DNA from: Planctomycetota bacterium
GTDB taxonomy: Bacteria > Planctomycetota > UBA11346
Length of the DNA: 64,000 bases
Assembly (NCBI GenBank): GCA_016745075.1
Contig: JADGDD010000002.1
Span: forward strand, 2,034-66,033
Reading direction: 5' to 3'
The translations under genes were made by a program, and so were the position numbers. The notes below the pieces were generated by a model that had not been told where the DNA came from, made no database searches, and saw nothing but the letters and a program-made list of their open reading frames with translations. Positions within the stretch are counted from its first letter, which is position 1. The number at the start of each line of letters is the position of its first letter. Below, one piece after another: positions 1 through 11,246 of the stretch.

Positions 1-76
1 AGGGTTTAACTACCTTTTATTACTTGATATACAGAGGAAAAATATTTTTGATATTCATGGATATACCTCAGCTTAC

Positions 77-620
77 TTGTGTGAATTTCTTTGCCGAACT
101 TTCTTGTTTTCTTCTCAGCCATTGGAGCCACCGCATTGGTGCTTTTCGACCGGTTCAGGTTTTATATTCTCTCATGTAATGACGACGAGCGCGGATGGCT
201 ACAATCAGTCAATCGACCATTTGAAAAAAACAGTCGGTGAACAAATGGGCTGGGAGGATACACCTTTTGCTTTGTTTTTTTCGGAGGCATGAAGAAAGCT
301 CAGTGCTGGTCAATGTCGAGCGAGAAGCTTTTACTCATATTTATCAGTGCTGTGAACACATAACCAGCGAACCGCCGCGCGTATAGTATATGTAACTACC
401 GCTTTGTTGCAGTGGACATGACAAAGCTTGCAAGCTGTTCGCAAAGAATTTCGTAGTCCCCAAAATGCAAAAAAGACGAACAGCTGGAGCACCACTTGTT
501 GATTGCGGTTATCCATCACGATGAATGTTTCAGGAGGTTGTTGCCAGTGGAGCTGAATATTTTATTCGTGTACCAACGGAAAAAAGTGGCAGCTTCAAAG
601 AAGTTCGCCAGTTTGCTGAA
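77..620 (+). pseudogene. Degenerate IS4-family transposase relic (boundaries approximate)
   Basis: ORF 77..292 ends FSEA* and continues in frame as RKLS (cf. the IS4 N-terminal SxARxKL motif; CGA>TGA). Downstream broken frames give YRFVAVDMTKL (first DDE Asp motif) and AVRKEF. Multiple stops and frameshifts. Confidence 0.45.
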
Positions 621-739
621 GACGAACATGCGTGGGATCGTGTTATCAAATTCTCTTAGTGTGCTTACAGGTCCATACTTGGTAGACATACATATTACAT
701 GTGTGGATAATCTATTAGAGATTCGATGTCAGTATTTTT

Positions 740-1412
740 TTAAAACTCGATTGATTGAAGAGCTTGTTGTTTGTGAATAGGGCCTTCAATTGCTTCGACA
801 AGTTGTTTGCCGCGTTCGGGGTCTCTTTTTGTAACGTAGCCGGCCCAATGTGCTAATGAACTTTGTCCTTTTGAGTTCTTTTTACTCGATAGCATGCGAG
901 TTGTGCAGGTTTCATAAAAAAGGTTATATATTTCCCAGAATATGTTGTCTGTACATTTTGTTACTGCCCCTAATAAATAATTGAGGGCATCGGATTTGCG
1001 TACTGGGCTATCATCTGTTTGGATAATGGTGAGCAAATTGTGTATTTGATCATACGCTTCATTAGTAAAGCCTAGTTGTACCATGACTTTAATTGGCCAT
1101 GATGAAGCGGTAACTATTCGGTTAGGATTGTCACATTTGAGTGCTGATTTTAATGCGTTATTTAATAGCTGAAGCTGATGTTGAGTGGATGGGGCATAGA
1201 GTGCTGCATTACTTAGTGACTGGCAGCGAAACCACGGAATTTAATAGCTGAAGCTGATGTTGAGTGGATGGGGCATAGAGTGCTGCATTACTTAGTGACT
1301 GGCAGCGAAACCACGGATCTTTTATTGTGTAGCCAAGTTCGCTGGCTGCTCGCCAGTTTGTAGGGGCTAATTTACTTGCTATTTTTCTTGCGGCTGTTGG
1401 GTTGATTGTTAT
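740..1412 (-). pseudogene. Hypothetical helical protein interrupted by a 79-bp tandem duplication
   Basis: Removing one repeat copy gives a 594-nt open frame ITINPTAARKIASKLAPTNW...IKDPWFRCQSLSNAAL...SWPIKVMVQLGF..., continuous with ORF 740..1084. No canonical start seen before the in-frame TGA at 1413-1415. Confidence 0.6.
1160..1317. repeat. Perfect 79-bp tandem duplication (1160-1238 / 1239-1317)
   Basis: atttaatagctgaagctgatg...gcgaaaccacgga occurs twice back to back, identical. Confidence 0.95.
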
Positions 1413-1589
1413 TCAACAGTACTGTCGAGGGTAATGAGTACAAGGTATTGTGATTTTTATCACATATAGGTTGAAAGGAGCTTATATGCCAGAGGCATGT
1501 GATGTAAATAAAGTATAATTCTATGCGGTTTATACAACAGAGCTTCAAGATTTCCTCGAGTTTGTCTGGTGATCGTTGTAGACACTATA

Positions 1590-1937
1590 ATTCTTCCTAC
1601 TTTAAGTTGGAAGCGATAACACTCACTGAAAAGAGAAGATCCGTCGTTTCTCAACTGATCTTGGCATAGCAGAGAGTCTCTTGAGCAGGTGGGAACAAAA
1701 GGTTGATGAACTTGGCGCAGCAGATTTTTCGATAACAGAAGATCGTAATGATGTTGGAGCAGAGCTGAAAAGTTGCGCTCAGAAAACTGTGTCCTGAAGA
1801 TGAAGTGAGAGATCTTTTAAAAGCGGCAACCTTCTTTATGAAGGAGAGTCTATGAAATACGTATTCATTAAAGAATATCATTTTATCTAGACCATTATCT
1901 GTATGTGTTATAGGTTTTGACATCAGGGGTTATTATG
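1590..1937 (+). pseudogene. Degenerate IS3-family element (orfA and start of orfB)
   Basis: Broken frames read SSYFKLEAITL...DLGIAESLLSRWEQK...KLRSENCVLKMK*EI..KAATFFMKESL*, then an ATGA overlap (1852-1855) into MKYVFIKE...RGYY. This is the typical IS3 OrfA HTH/leucine zipper and OrfB start. Confidence 0.7.
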
Positions 1938-2047
1938 TACCTAACAGTCCACAATTTCTTGAAGGCCGTAAGCTACGCATCAATTGGCCATAAGTTCATA
2001 GGGTGTATATCTTGAGAATCTAACTTATAGAGGGTACACATTTAAAT

Positions 2048-3154
2048 TTATGCTATAATTTTCATGATAACGTCTTTTATTTCTTGGTCATTAACTGGTC
2101 GTGGATTAAACTTGGTAGCGCCATTTTGTGTTTCAATGACAATTTGATCCATATCCGTTACTGTTTCGGCGGCAATTTGTAAACTGATGTTAAAAGAGGT
2201 ATTCATATCATTAATATAATCAATGATATCCTTACCAACAAGTTTAGACAGTTTTTTGTATTTTTCTTCTATACACGATTTATTGACTTCTAAAACTAGC
2301 GGTAGGAAGATTGCACAAAGAAGGCCGTGTGGTATGCGGGTTCTACTGCCCAGTGGGTGAGCAATGCCATGTACCAAGCCAAGTTTTGCATTTGCAAGAG
2401 CCACACCTGCCAAATAACTGCCTTCCATGACCTGTTGTGCAAGATTTGCGTCATAGTTTTTGAACAGTGACGGCAAAGCATTGGTGATGCAACGCATAGC
2501 ATTTTCTGCAATGCTGTCTGTTAAAGAAGTTGTACAGTTGCTTGTATATGCTTCTATGGCTTGAGTAAATGCATCCATACCTGTGTGTGCGAGCAAAGAT
2601 GCAGGGGCCCCTTTCAGCAGTTCTCCATCAAGAATAACGAGGTTTGCCATTTGTCCTGGATGAATAATTGGTTTTTTGATTTGTGTGTCATCGTTGATAA
2701 AAACAGCGGCGGGTGTTGCTTCTGCGCCTGTGCCAGCAGTTGTAGGAACGGCTATAAGCGGTATACCGCTCGAAAAAGTTGCCTCTGCATTATGATAAGC
2801 AAGTGTGTTTTCTGGTGCACAAATAAGTGCGGCAACAACTTTCGTGAGATCAAGTACACTACCGCCGCCAATGCCAGCAACCCAGTCTACGTTGAGGTTT
2901 TCTGCTTTTTTGCGCATGTCATCCAAAATAGCAACGGTTGGTTCTACGTTTCCAACGTATGAAAGGTACTGTACATTTAAGCCATCGGGCGTATTGGCTT
3001 GAAGCTTTTTCAATGATCCACTGCGTTCATAAGAAGGAGCATAAATAATAAGCCCTTTTTTACCAAAAGCTTGAGCTTCTGCTAAAAGGTTTTGAGATGC
3101 ACCAAGTTGAGAGATGGTGCGTGCCGGTAAAAGCATGTTTTTTGGGAGAGTCAT
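2048..3154 (-). CDS. Iron-containing alcohol dehydrogenase family protein
   Basis: GIGGGSVLD, AVPTTAGTGAE, GMDAFTQAIEAY, GLVHGIAHPLG and PHG motifs. Confidence 0.92.
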   Translation of the reverse strand: MTLPKNMLLPARTISQLGASQNLLAEAQAFGKKGLIIYAPSYERSGSLKKLQANTPDGLNVQYLSYVGNVEPTVAILDDMRKKAENLNVDWVAGIGGGSVLDLTKVVAALICAPENTLAYHNAEATFSSGIPLIAVPTTAGTGAEATPAAVFINDDTQIKKPIIHPGQMANLVILDGELLKGAPASLLAHTGMDAFTQAIEAYTSNCTTSLTDSIAENAMRCITNALPSLFKNYDANLAQQVMEGSYLAGVALANAKLGLVHGIAHPLGSRTRIPHGLLCAIFLPLVLEVNKSCIEEKYKKLSKLVGKDIIDYINDMNTSFNISLQIAAETVTDMDQIVIETQNGATKFNPRPVNDQEIKDVIMKIIA

Positions 3155-3166
3155 TGTCGTTATTCC

Positions 3167-4414
3167 TTAGTGTCCGTTTGCGGTTTTATCAACTTGTTCT
3201 GGTTGGAATCGTGCAGCAAGGTCTTTCCAGTTTGTTCCATAGCAATCTGAAAAAGTGCAGTAATGTTTTTTGCTGCGCAGTGTTTTTCGAAGCTCTTCGG
3301 TGGTGAGTGTATGTGGGGTGCATTTTTTGGTAACACTCATGGCTGCTGCTGTTCCAGCGATTTCACCTGTGAGTGCAACAACATTGATTAAACGAGAATC
3401 GTTCCATGCCCAATTCCGAGAATCAATACAACGGCCTGCCATTAATAAGCCGTCGATTTTTTCTGGTAACAAAGAACCGTATGGTAGTTCCCACATTTGG
3501 TTACGAACGGCAGGGTTTGTGGTTGAAGGGTAGATGGCAACAGAGTCATCTCGTTCTCTCCAGATATCATCACCATCAATGGTGCTGCGTCCTATAATGC
3601 CACGTGTCATGCGAGTGCTAGCCATGGTTGGTAGAATAGCAGGAAAATGATTGTGCCGTCCGTGTTCAGCCTGTTTTTCTTTTGTGTGCATCAATGCCAA
3701 CTCATGTGTTCTACTTACTAATTGACTGGTAGTGGCGCCATCTACTCCCGACATCATTGATATGTGGTTTGCAGGATCAGGGTCGGCTACTACTTTTACT
3801 CTTAAAAGACTACTCGCATCATCTTCAGAGACTGCTTTTTTTGCAGCATTTAAACTTGTATAGAGGTACCAGAAATTCATTCGGTTTTGTCCGACATGAA
3901 TTTTTGCACCTGATGCTACTGCAAGATCTGCATCTCCAGTGGCATCAACGAAACAGTGTGCGGAAAGATGTGTAGTACCGCTTTTATTGTATACAGAAAT
4001 AGAGTTTAATTGGTTATTTTCCAGATGGGTGTTGGTAACAATAGTGTCAAACCAAACATCAATTTTAGCACCTTTTAGCAACTCAAAGAGCGCTAACATA
4101 AAGGCAGCAGGAGTAAAATGTGCCATAAGCCGTGCTTTACTGTCGTTGAGTTTCCAGTCTGGGTCTATATTGCCGGGACCATAAGCGAGACTCATATTAA
4201 GCAGCTCATCAGCAATGCCATGAATGACTTGTTTGCCATAACCATCACACAAAGGAGGGTACCACAAGACATTACCAGCAGTGGCGAGACCTCCACAGAC
4301 AACATATTTTTCTATGAGAATCACTTTATGACCATGACGTGCTGCAGCCAAAGCTGCAGAAACACCGGCGATGCCAGCGCCAGCAATGATAATGTCTGCA
4401 TGCGTATTCTTCAT
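3167..4414 (-). CDS. FAD-dependent oxidoreductase (FAD_oxidored type)
   Basis: IIAGAGIAGVSAA, CGGLATAG, FVDATGDADLA, LPYGSLLP and LLMAGRCI motifs. Confidence 0.9.
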   Translation of the reverse strand: MKNTHADIIIAGAGIAGVSAALAAARHGHKVILIEKYVVCGGLATAGNVLWYPPLCDGYGKQVIHGIADELLNMSLAYGPGNIDPDWKLNDSKARLMAHFTPAAFMLALFELLKGAKIDVWFDTIVTNTHLENNQLNSISVYNKSGTTHLSAHCFVDATGDADLAVASGAKIHVGQNRMNFWYLYTSLNAAKKAVSEDDASSLLRVKVVADPDPANHISMMSGVDGATTSQLVSRTHELALMHTKEKQAEHGRHNHFPAILPTMASTRMTRGIIGRSTIDGDDIWRERDDSVAIYPSTTNPAVRNQMWELPYGSLLPEKIDGLLMAGRCIDSRNWAWNDSRLINVVALTGEIAGTAAAMSVTKKCTPHTLTTEELRKTLRSKKHYCTFSDCYGTNWKDLAARFQPEQVDKTANGH

Positions 4415-4584
4415 CTGAATTACTCCCTGTTGTTCTGTGATAGCTGTGCTGGATATTCGTGTGAGGTAAGAGGTGTTTACATAGCTTAGCTCTTTCGTAT
4501 TGCGCTCTAAATTATAACAAGACCACCCTTTGCTTTCATCTTGAATTATGTTGCACTATTCTGGACATTTGTGTATGTTGGAGT

Positions 4585-5415
4585 ATGTCTACAAAACAGA
4601 AGATAGAAGTTCACACCGTTGTTCGTCAGCCCATTCACGGAGCGGAAGACTTACCTATAGGCGTCTTTATGGTTGCACATCGTTATGCAGAGGCCCCGTT
4701 TCGTAAGATTATTCCAGCAGCAGATCAGATGGTTCTTAACTGGACAATTTCAGGAACGGTGCGAGTCAATCATTGTGATGAACAGTTTGATATGAGCTCA
4801 GGAGATGCTTTTTTATGCAAACCCAATGAATTCTTCTCTTACGATGTGCAGAGTGAGGCTTGGGAGTCTCGTTGGATAGCATTTGATGGCCGCTTTTTCT
4901 CTGAGTGGATGGATACAACTCAGATAAACCATCATTATCATCCGGGACCGTGTCCCAATGACTTATTTATTTCTCTTGAGTCGCAGTTGTGTAATAGTGG
5001 TCACGGATCTCTTGCACATGCTAATATAACTGCTTTTGCTATTTTAATGCATGCTTTGGGGGCAAGTAAACCAGACTATTTGGATCAAGACGATATAGAT
5101 CGAGCTCAAATTCTTATTGCAGAAAATTTACAGAATGTGAACCTTAATGTGAATTGGCTTATACAACAATTGGAATGTGAACGCACCGCCTTTTCTCGTC
5201 GTTTTTCAAAGCGAACAGGTGAAACACCAATAGTGTATATTACCAATAAACGAATTCATGCGGCAATTGCTCTCTTAAAGACAGGCCATTTGAGCACCGC
5301 AGAAATTGCACATGCTGTCGGCTATCAGGATGCCGATTATTTTAGTCGTATTATTAAAAAGAAAACGGGGTTTACAGCAGGTCAGCATAGAGAAGGTGTA
5401 ATTGCCATATTGTAA
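4585..5415 (+). CDS. AraC-family transcriptional regulator
   Basis: Cupin-like N-terminus and C-terminal EIAHAVGYQDADYFSRIIKK; divergent from the oxidoreductase genes. Confidence 0.92.
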   Translation: MSTKQKIEVHTVVRQPIHGAEDLPIGVFMVAHRYAEAPFRKIIPAADQMVLNWTISGTVRVNHCDEQFDMSSGDAFLCKPNEFFSYDVQSEAWESRWIAFDGRFFSEWMDTTQINHHYHPGPCPNDLFISLESQLCNSGHGSLAHANITAFAILMHALGASKPDYLDQDDIDRAQILIAENLQNVNLNVNWLIQQLECERTAFSRRFSKRTGETPIVYITNKRIHAAIALLKTGHLSTAEIAHAVGYQDADYFSRIIKKKTGFTAGQHREGVIAIL

Positions 5416-5575
5416 GGATATGGCCGGACCGAAGAGCTATTTATTCATAAGCAATTATTGACGGCTCTTTCTTCGATTAGTGTTTTGTGGCGCAAAAAAA
5501 GTTTGCGAGTTCCTTTGTTTGAGTGTATTCTGGATGTATCTATCCAGATATGTATCTACAACAAAGGACCTGTAT

Positions 5576-8302
5576 ATGTCATTTAAAAATCTCTCAATCA
5601 AATGGAAACTTGTTCTTTTGGCATCCATGTATTCATCTATTCTACTTGGTGTTTTGTTCTATACAGTGGCACAATTAAGTGAGAATAAATCAGACGCGTT
5701 GATTATCAATGTGGCTGGCCGCCAGCGAATGTTGAATCAACGATATGTGAAAGAGATTTTACTTGATTCTATGGGATCTCAGACAGACCCCAGCAAAACG
5801 AAATCTATTTTTATGGATAGCAGAAAAGCTCTTAGGGATGGTGGGGATATTGACATGGGTAAAAAGCGGATGCTTCCCGCAGCCCCAACAGAGGCCTTGA
5901 AGTCTCAGGTTCAGGAACAGATAGAGGAGTCTAACAAGCTCTTTACTATTGTCGATGTATACCAAACATTAAAAGAAAGTGAGGAGATGGCACAGAAGAA
6001 AATACACGAATCTTCAGATGAAGTACATGAAGCTGCTCATGTGGTTGTAAAGCTGTTAAGTGAACAGTCTGCAATGCATACGCTTCTTATTGATTTGGCC
6101 GGTCGTCAACGCATGTTAAATCAGCGATACTTCAAAGAAGTGATCATGAAAAGTGGTGGTGCAGAAATTCAGCCAGAAATAACGCAGGTTCTTTATCAAT
6201 CAACGCTTGAGGCTTTGATTGAAGGCGGAGCGTTAGTGGTCGGTGAAAAGTCAGTGCAAGTGCCGCCAGCCTTAACGGTTTCATTGCGTGAAAAATTAGT
6301 ACAGCAGCGAGAGGGTTTTGCTGGCATTGTGAAAGAGGCGGCGGTGTATGCAGAGGCCCCAACGGCAGAAGGCTTAGCGCAGTTAGAGATTCTTGTGCAG
6401 AAAAATCATGTTGTGGCAAATGCTGCGGTAGGGTTACTAAAAAAAATAACAGTAGAACATGGAGCTGTTATCGCTCAGGCTGGCTCTCAACGAAAATTGA
6501 ATCAAGAGTATGTAAAGCTTGTATTTATGGTACATGCACACCAAGTCGACACAGGATATAGAGAGGTCCAGACAACGTTTGAAAACAATCTCACCCAATT
6601 GATAAAGGGTGCACAAGCGCCAGCACTTATTGTAGCCCTAAATGCTCAGCAAAAAAAAGCAGATGATTTATTTAAAGAATGTGATGCATATATAACCCTT
6701 AAGACAGACACTCTGCAAAAGAGCTTCGCAGATATGATGGAACAGGGGGATAATGTGCATACAGCAGCGCACCAAGCCGTGCTTGATTTTGTTGACCATA
6801 GTGCTGGGAAGTTGGCATCCATGATGTCTATAGAGCAATGGCTGTCTTGGGTAGCGGTAGCAGTAGGAGCAATTATTGTGTGGTTGGTGACGGGCAGCAT
6901 AACCAAGCCTGTGAATGAAACCGTGATTGTCTTAGAGGCAGTAGCGAATGGTGACTTGAGTAAATCTGTAAAAGTTACAACGACAAATGAAATGGGCCGT
7001 ATGGGAACGGCACTTAATACAGCAATAGGAAATACACGAGAAGCCATGGAGGTCAGTGAGGAGGCTAAGTCAGCAGCAGAGGCATCGTCACAAGAAGCAT
7101 CGCTAGCAAAAGGACAGGCAGAAGAAGCGTTAGCAGGAGCAAAAGAAGCGATGCTCAGTATGCAGCGGATTCAGTCATTGGTTGATAATGCCCCAATTAA
7201 TATTTGTATGACGGATACGCAGGGAGAAATTATTTTTGCAAATCCTGCATCACAAGAATCCTTGGTTGGCATAGCGGCGTATTTACCATCAGAAAATATG
7301 CTTGGCGAGAGTTTTGAGGCAATTATTCAAGATGAAGCTGTTGCTGCGAATATAATAAATGGTTCTGAGTCTTTACCGTATACAAGCAAGGTTGTTTTTG
7401 GAGAAAAGACAGAAGATTTACTTGTAGCAAGTATTAACGATGCGAAGGGGAGCTGTATTGGTTACATGCTAACGTGGTCTGATGTAACAGACCGCTTACG
7501 TTTGTTGGAAACACTTAAAGCAACATCAAACTCTTTATCTATGTCTGCAGGAGAGTTATCTGAATCTTCTGGAGAAATGGCAGCAGCAGCTCAACAAACA
7601 TCGTCACAGGCAGAAGGTGTTGCAGCGGCATCAGAGGAGGCAGATTCGAATACACAAGTGGTGGCCTTGTCTATGACACAGATGACAGAATCTATAGCAG
7701 AAATATCCCGCAGCATTACCAATCAAAATAGCATAATGGGTGATGCCGTTGTGATGGCCCAGAATACAAATGAAACAATAGGGCGTCTCTCTCTTTCAGG
7801 AACTGAAATTGGCAAAGTTATTCGTTTGATCACAGCCATTGCTCAACAAACAAATTTGTTAGCATTAAACGCGACGATTGAATCTGCTCGAGCAGGAGAA
7901 GCCGGTAAAGGGTTTGCTGTTGTAGCCAATGAAGTAAAACACCTTGCGAAACAAACAGAAACCGCAGCAAATGAAATACAGCAGCGTATTGAGTCTATTC
8001 AATCAGACACGAATGACTCTATTACAGCGATACAAGAAATTACAGAGACAATAAACAACGTCAATGATATTTCACAAACAGTTGCTGCGGCTGCAGAAGA
8101 ACAATCTTCCACTGTAGCTGAGATCAATAATAATATTTCTCAGGTTGCAGAAGGGACGAGAGAAATTGCACGCAATATAACGGGAGTTGCTTCCGCAGCA
8201 AGTTCAAGTGGAGAAATAGCAACGTCTCTTCAATCAAACTCTGTTGGTTTAACAGGGCTTGCGGATAATTTGCAAGGTCTCATTAACGATTTTACTGTGT
8301 AG
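5576..8302 (+). CDS. Methyl-accepting chemotaxis protein: TM, 3x PilJ/NarX-like sensor, TM, HAMP, PAS-like, MCP signal domain
   Basis: [13 protein letters not shown] / [13 protein letters not shown] / [13 protein letters not shown] repeats; HAMP (ITKPV...GDLS...NEMGRM); [34 protein letters not shown]. Start moved to the ATG at 5576 after AAGGA. Confidence 0.93.
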   Translation: MSFKNLSIKWKLVLLASMYSSILLGVLFYTVAQLSENKSDALIINVAGRQRMLNQRYVKEILLDSMGSQTDPSKTKSIFMDSRKALRDGGDIDMGKKRMLPAAPTEALKSQVQEQIEESNKLFTIVDVYQTLKESEEMAQKKIHESSDEVHEAAHVVVKLLSEQSAMHTLLIDLAGRQRMLNQRYFKEVIMKSGGAEIQPEITQVLYQSTLEALIEGGALVVGEKSVQVPPALTVSLREKLVQQREGFAGIVKEAAVYAEAPTAEGLAQLEILVQKNHVVANAAVGLLKKITVEHGAVIAQAGSQRKLNQEYVKLVFMVHAHQVDTGYREVQTTFENNLTQLIKGAQAPALIVALNAQQKKADDLFKECDAYITLKTDTLQKSFADMMEQGDNVHTAAHQAVLDFVDHSAGKLASMMSIEQWLSWVAVAVGAIIVWLVTGSITKPVNETVIVLEAVANGDLSKSVKVTTTNEMGRMGTALNTAIGNTREAMEVSEEAKSAAEASSQEASLAKGQAEEALAGAKEAMLSMQRIQSLVDNAPINICMTDTQGEIIFANPASQESLVGIAAYLPSENMLGESFEAIIQDEAVAANIINGSESLPYTSKVVFGEKTEDLLVASINDAKGSCIGYMLTWSDVTDRLRLLETLKATSNSLSMSAGELSESSGEMAAAAQQTSSQAEGVAAASEEADSNTQVVALSMTQMTESIAEISRSITNQNSIMGDAVVMAQNTNETIGRLSLSGTEIGKVIRLITAIAQQTNLLALNATIESARAGEAGKGFAVVANEVKHLAKQTETAANEIQQRIESIQSDTNDSITAIQEITETINNVNDISQTVAAAAEEQSSTVAEINNNISQVAEGTREIARNITGVASAASSSGEIATSLQSNSVGLTGLADNLQGLINDFTV

Positions 8303-8527
8303 CTGTTCCGACAATAATATTTGTCAGAACCTCGCTCTGTTATGTGTTAAAGAACTTTTCTCTATTTAGAACGATTGTATCGTAAAGTATTATGATGTAA
8401 GTTTGGCGTTGTTAGCAAAAAATGCAGGAAAGGATTTTGGCTCGAAGTAAAAGCATTAAGCACAGAACATCGAATATAATACGATGTTTATGAGCGATGC
8501 TTAACTGAGTAGCATAGAATATTATTG

Positions 8528-8563
8528 GTAACTAAATAACAGATTTGTCTGTTATTTAGTTAC
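8528..8563. terminator. Hairpin between convergent MCP and AraC genes
   Basis: gtaactaaataacaga-tttg-tctgttatttagttac, a 16-bp perfect stem overlapping the AraC stop. Confidence 0.6.
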
Positions 8564-9357
8564 AGTGACTGACGCCATTGTTTGGGTGATAGACCGTAGC
8601 GAGAACGGAACTGTTTACTGAAAGAAAATATATCGGAATAGCCAACTTCTTCAGCGATAGATGTGATGCTAATCCGACTATTGTTCAATAGGTGGCAAGC
8701 TCGCTCTAGGCGAGCCTGTACGATAAATGCTTTAGGGCTGCACCCATGTACTCGGCGAAAAACTCGAATAAAATGACTATGGCTCAACTGAAAATTGGTG
8801 GCGAGGTCACTGACTAGAGTGATATCTTCGGGACTACGGCGAATATCGTCACCGAGATGGCGTAGAGCTTGAGTCAGTGGATTTTCTTCATACCGGGCAT
8901 GTTTTAGGCTGAGTTCGTTCAGGAGACTTGCCAGCCACATACGAGATTCATCATCATTTGGGCCGCTATGGGTGGCCTCCCAAAGGCGCTGAATCATGGT
9001 TTCGATGAAAGAGGGTTCACGGAAAAAGGCATGCATGCCCGTATGGTTAGCATTTGGTAGTAGGCCGTGGAGAATATCGAAATGAAAAAAAGATATAAAA
9101 GATGGTTTATCCCCATGAAGAATGTCACAGTCAGTGTTCGGCGGGATAAGCAGCATACTACCGCGGCGTAAGGGAGTGCGTATTGAATCGTTAAGAGTCA
9201 ATGTTGCCTCGCCTTCTGAAAGAAACCAAAGATCCCAATCAGTAAATTTTTCGTCTCGGGGGGTAGCCCAAGACCATTTAGCAGGCAAGAGAACTCTCCC
9301 TATGCGAGGCTTGATTAGAATTTGCTCGGGAAGTATCGTCATGCTCAATTCTGACAA
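8560..9357 (-). CDS. AraC-family regulator (divergent from beta-glucuronidase)
   Basis: SIAEEVGYSDIFSFSKQFRSRYGLSPKQWR; cupin N-terminus. Confidence 0.92.
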   Translation of the reverse strand: MSELSMTILPEQILIKPRIGRVLLPAKWSWATPRDEKFTDWDLWFLSEGEATLTLNDSIRTPLRRGSMLLIPPNTDCDILHGDKPSFISFFHFDILHGLLPNANHTGMHAFFREPSFIETMIQRLWEATHSGPNDDESRMWLASLLNELSLKHARYEENPLTQALRHLGDDIRRSPEDITLVSDLATNFQLSHSHFIRVFRRVHGCSPKAFIVQARLERACHLLNNSRISITSIAEEVGYSDIFSFSKQFRSRYGLSPKQWRQSL

Positions 9358-9455
9358 AAAATGTGCAGTGGCAACATGGAAATGGTAGGGTGATGTTGGT
9401 ATACTTATAAGTGAATAGCGCAGGAACCGTGAGTGAATGCGCCCAAGGAGTTATC

Positions 9456-11246
9456 ATGGTCATGACCCATTTCCCTCATATATATCCGCAGGTAACAGAA
9501 ACAAGGACGGCGCAAGAGTTGAGCGGTTTTTGGAAGATCGTATTTGATTACGACAATCAAGGAGAAACTGTCTATGGTGCATGTACTGCCATTCCAGATG
9601 AAGCAGTGTCCGTCGCTGTTCCCGGTTCCTATAATGACCAATTTATAGAAAAGCGTGTTCGTGATTATGTTGGCGCAGTCTGGTATTATAAAGAAATTGT
9701 AATAAGTGGAGAAAAAGACCGGCATAATTTTTTGCGTTTTGGTTCGGCTAATTATACTGCCAAAGTTTTTCTTGATGGTGTGTATATTGGTGGTCATTCA
9801 GGCGGTCATTTACCTTTTACCCTTTTCATTCCAGATTGTTATAGTGGTAAAAAAGTATTGCTGACAGTTATGGTCGATAATAATTTGACCTTGGAAACTA
9901 TTCCTCCAGGCCAACGATGTGATTATACAGTTGAAAAAGATGGTGTATCGATACCTAAGTTGGAATATCATTTTGATTTTATGCATTACTGCGGTTTAAA
10001 CCGCAAGGTGTGGTTACTCAGTACCCCTTCTGTCTATACAACAGATAGCACGATTTGCACAAATTGTATTTCAGAGGAAGGTACGGCAACTATGTCATAT
10101 GATATACGTGTTCATGGCACGATAGACTCTGTTTGCATGCGTCTGTTGTATAAAGGACGAGAAGTCGCATGTGTGGAAGATGCAGGCAAGTCTGGCACCA
10201 TCACCGTAGAGAAGGCTGTATTGTGGGAGGTGGGCGTTGGAGGATTGCATGATTGGGTTATAGATTTGTATCGGAATGGTACATTACTCGATACAATGAC
10301 TGAACGTATTGGTATCAGAACGGTGCGGTTGAAAGGAACTCAGTTTTTAGTGAATGATAAGCCTGTTCATTTTTCCGGTTTTTGTCGACATGAAGATTTT
10401 CATGTATTTGGCCGCTATTTACCCGAGAATGTTCTTATTCGTGATTTTGAACTTATGGGTTGGACTGGTGCCAATTCATTCCGCACTTCACACTACCCAT
10501 ATAGTGAAGAGCATATGGCTATTGCTGATGAACAAGGCTTTATGGTTATTAACGAAACAGCCGCAGTGGGTATGAATGAATGGAATAATGCAGGGGCATC
10601 TTGGTTTGATTCTGATTACGCAAATGAAAATTCTCTTATTAATCACAAAGAGCATTTACGTGAACTCATACAACGAGATAAGAACCGTGCATGTGTGGTT
10701 ATGTGGTCTATTTCTAATGAAGCATCTACATCTGATAAAAAAGCACGGCCATATTTTAAAGAACTCGTAAAACTTGCCCGTTCCTTAGATGATCGGCCAC
10801 TAACCAACGTTTCATTTAAAAGGATTGAGCATGAGAACTGTATGGATTTATTTGATGTGGTGTGTTTAAATCGTTATCAAGCATGGTACGGTGCTTGTGG
10901 TGACCTTGAAACTGTAGAGAAAGTATTGGGTGATGAATTGAAGATGTGGTATGAACGCTTTAAGATGCCACTTATCTTATCTGAATATGGCGCCGACACC
11001 ATTGAGGGTGTACATCAATTGCCGAGCCGTATGTTCAGCGAAGAGTTTCAAGCAGAGTTCTTGGAAGAGTATCATCGTGTCTTGGCTCAGTTTGATTTTG
11101 TAATAGGTGAACATGTATGGAATTTTGCTGATTTTATGACCAAACAGGAAGCCTTACGGGTAGTTGGAAATAGAAAAGGTGTTTTTACTCGTGAACGCCA
11201 ACCTAAAATGGCTGCTTACGTATTACGGAAGTTATGGAAGGCATAA
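9456..11246 (+). CDS. uidA: GH2 beta-glucuronidase
   Basis: NSFRTSHYPY, catalytic WSISNE and LSEYG, GEHVWNFADF and the glucuronidase NxKG motif (GNRKGVFTR). SD AAGGAG before 9456. Confidence 0.9.
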   Translation: MVMTHFPHIYPQVTETRTAQELSGFWKIVFDYDNQGETVYGACTAIPDEAVSVAVPGSYNDQFIEKRVRDYVGAVWYYKEIVISGEKDRHNFLRFGSANYTAKVFLDGVYIGGHSGGHLPFTLFIPDCYSGKKVLLTVMVDNNLTLETIPPGQRCDYTVEKDGVSIPKLEYHFDFMHYCGLNRKVWLLSTPSVYTTDSTICTNCISEEGTATMSYDIRVHGTIDSVCMRLLYKGREVACVEDAGKSGTITVEKAVLWEVGVGGLHDWVIDLYRNGTLLDTMTERIGIRTVRLKGTQFLVNDKPVHFSGFCRHEDFHVFGRYLPENVLIRDFELMGWTGANSFRTSHYPYSEEHMAIADEQGFMVINETAAVGMNEWNNAGASWFDSDYANENSLINHKEHLRELIQRDKNRACVVMWSISNEASTSDKKARPYFKELVKLARSLDDRPLTNVSFKRIEHENCMDLFDVVCLNRYQAWYGACGDLETVEKVLGDELKMWYERFKMPLILSEYGADTIEGVHQLPSRMFSEEFQAEFLEEYHRVLAQFDFVIGEHVWNFADFMTKQEALRVVGNRKGVFTRERQPKMAAYVLRKLWKA

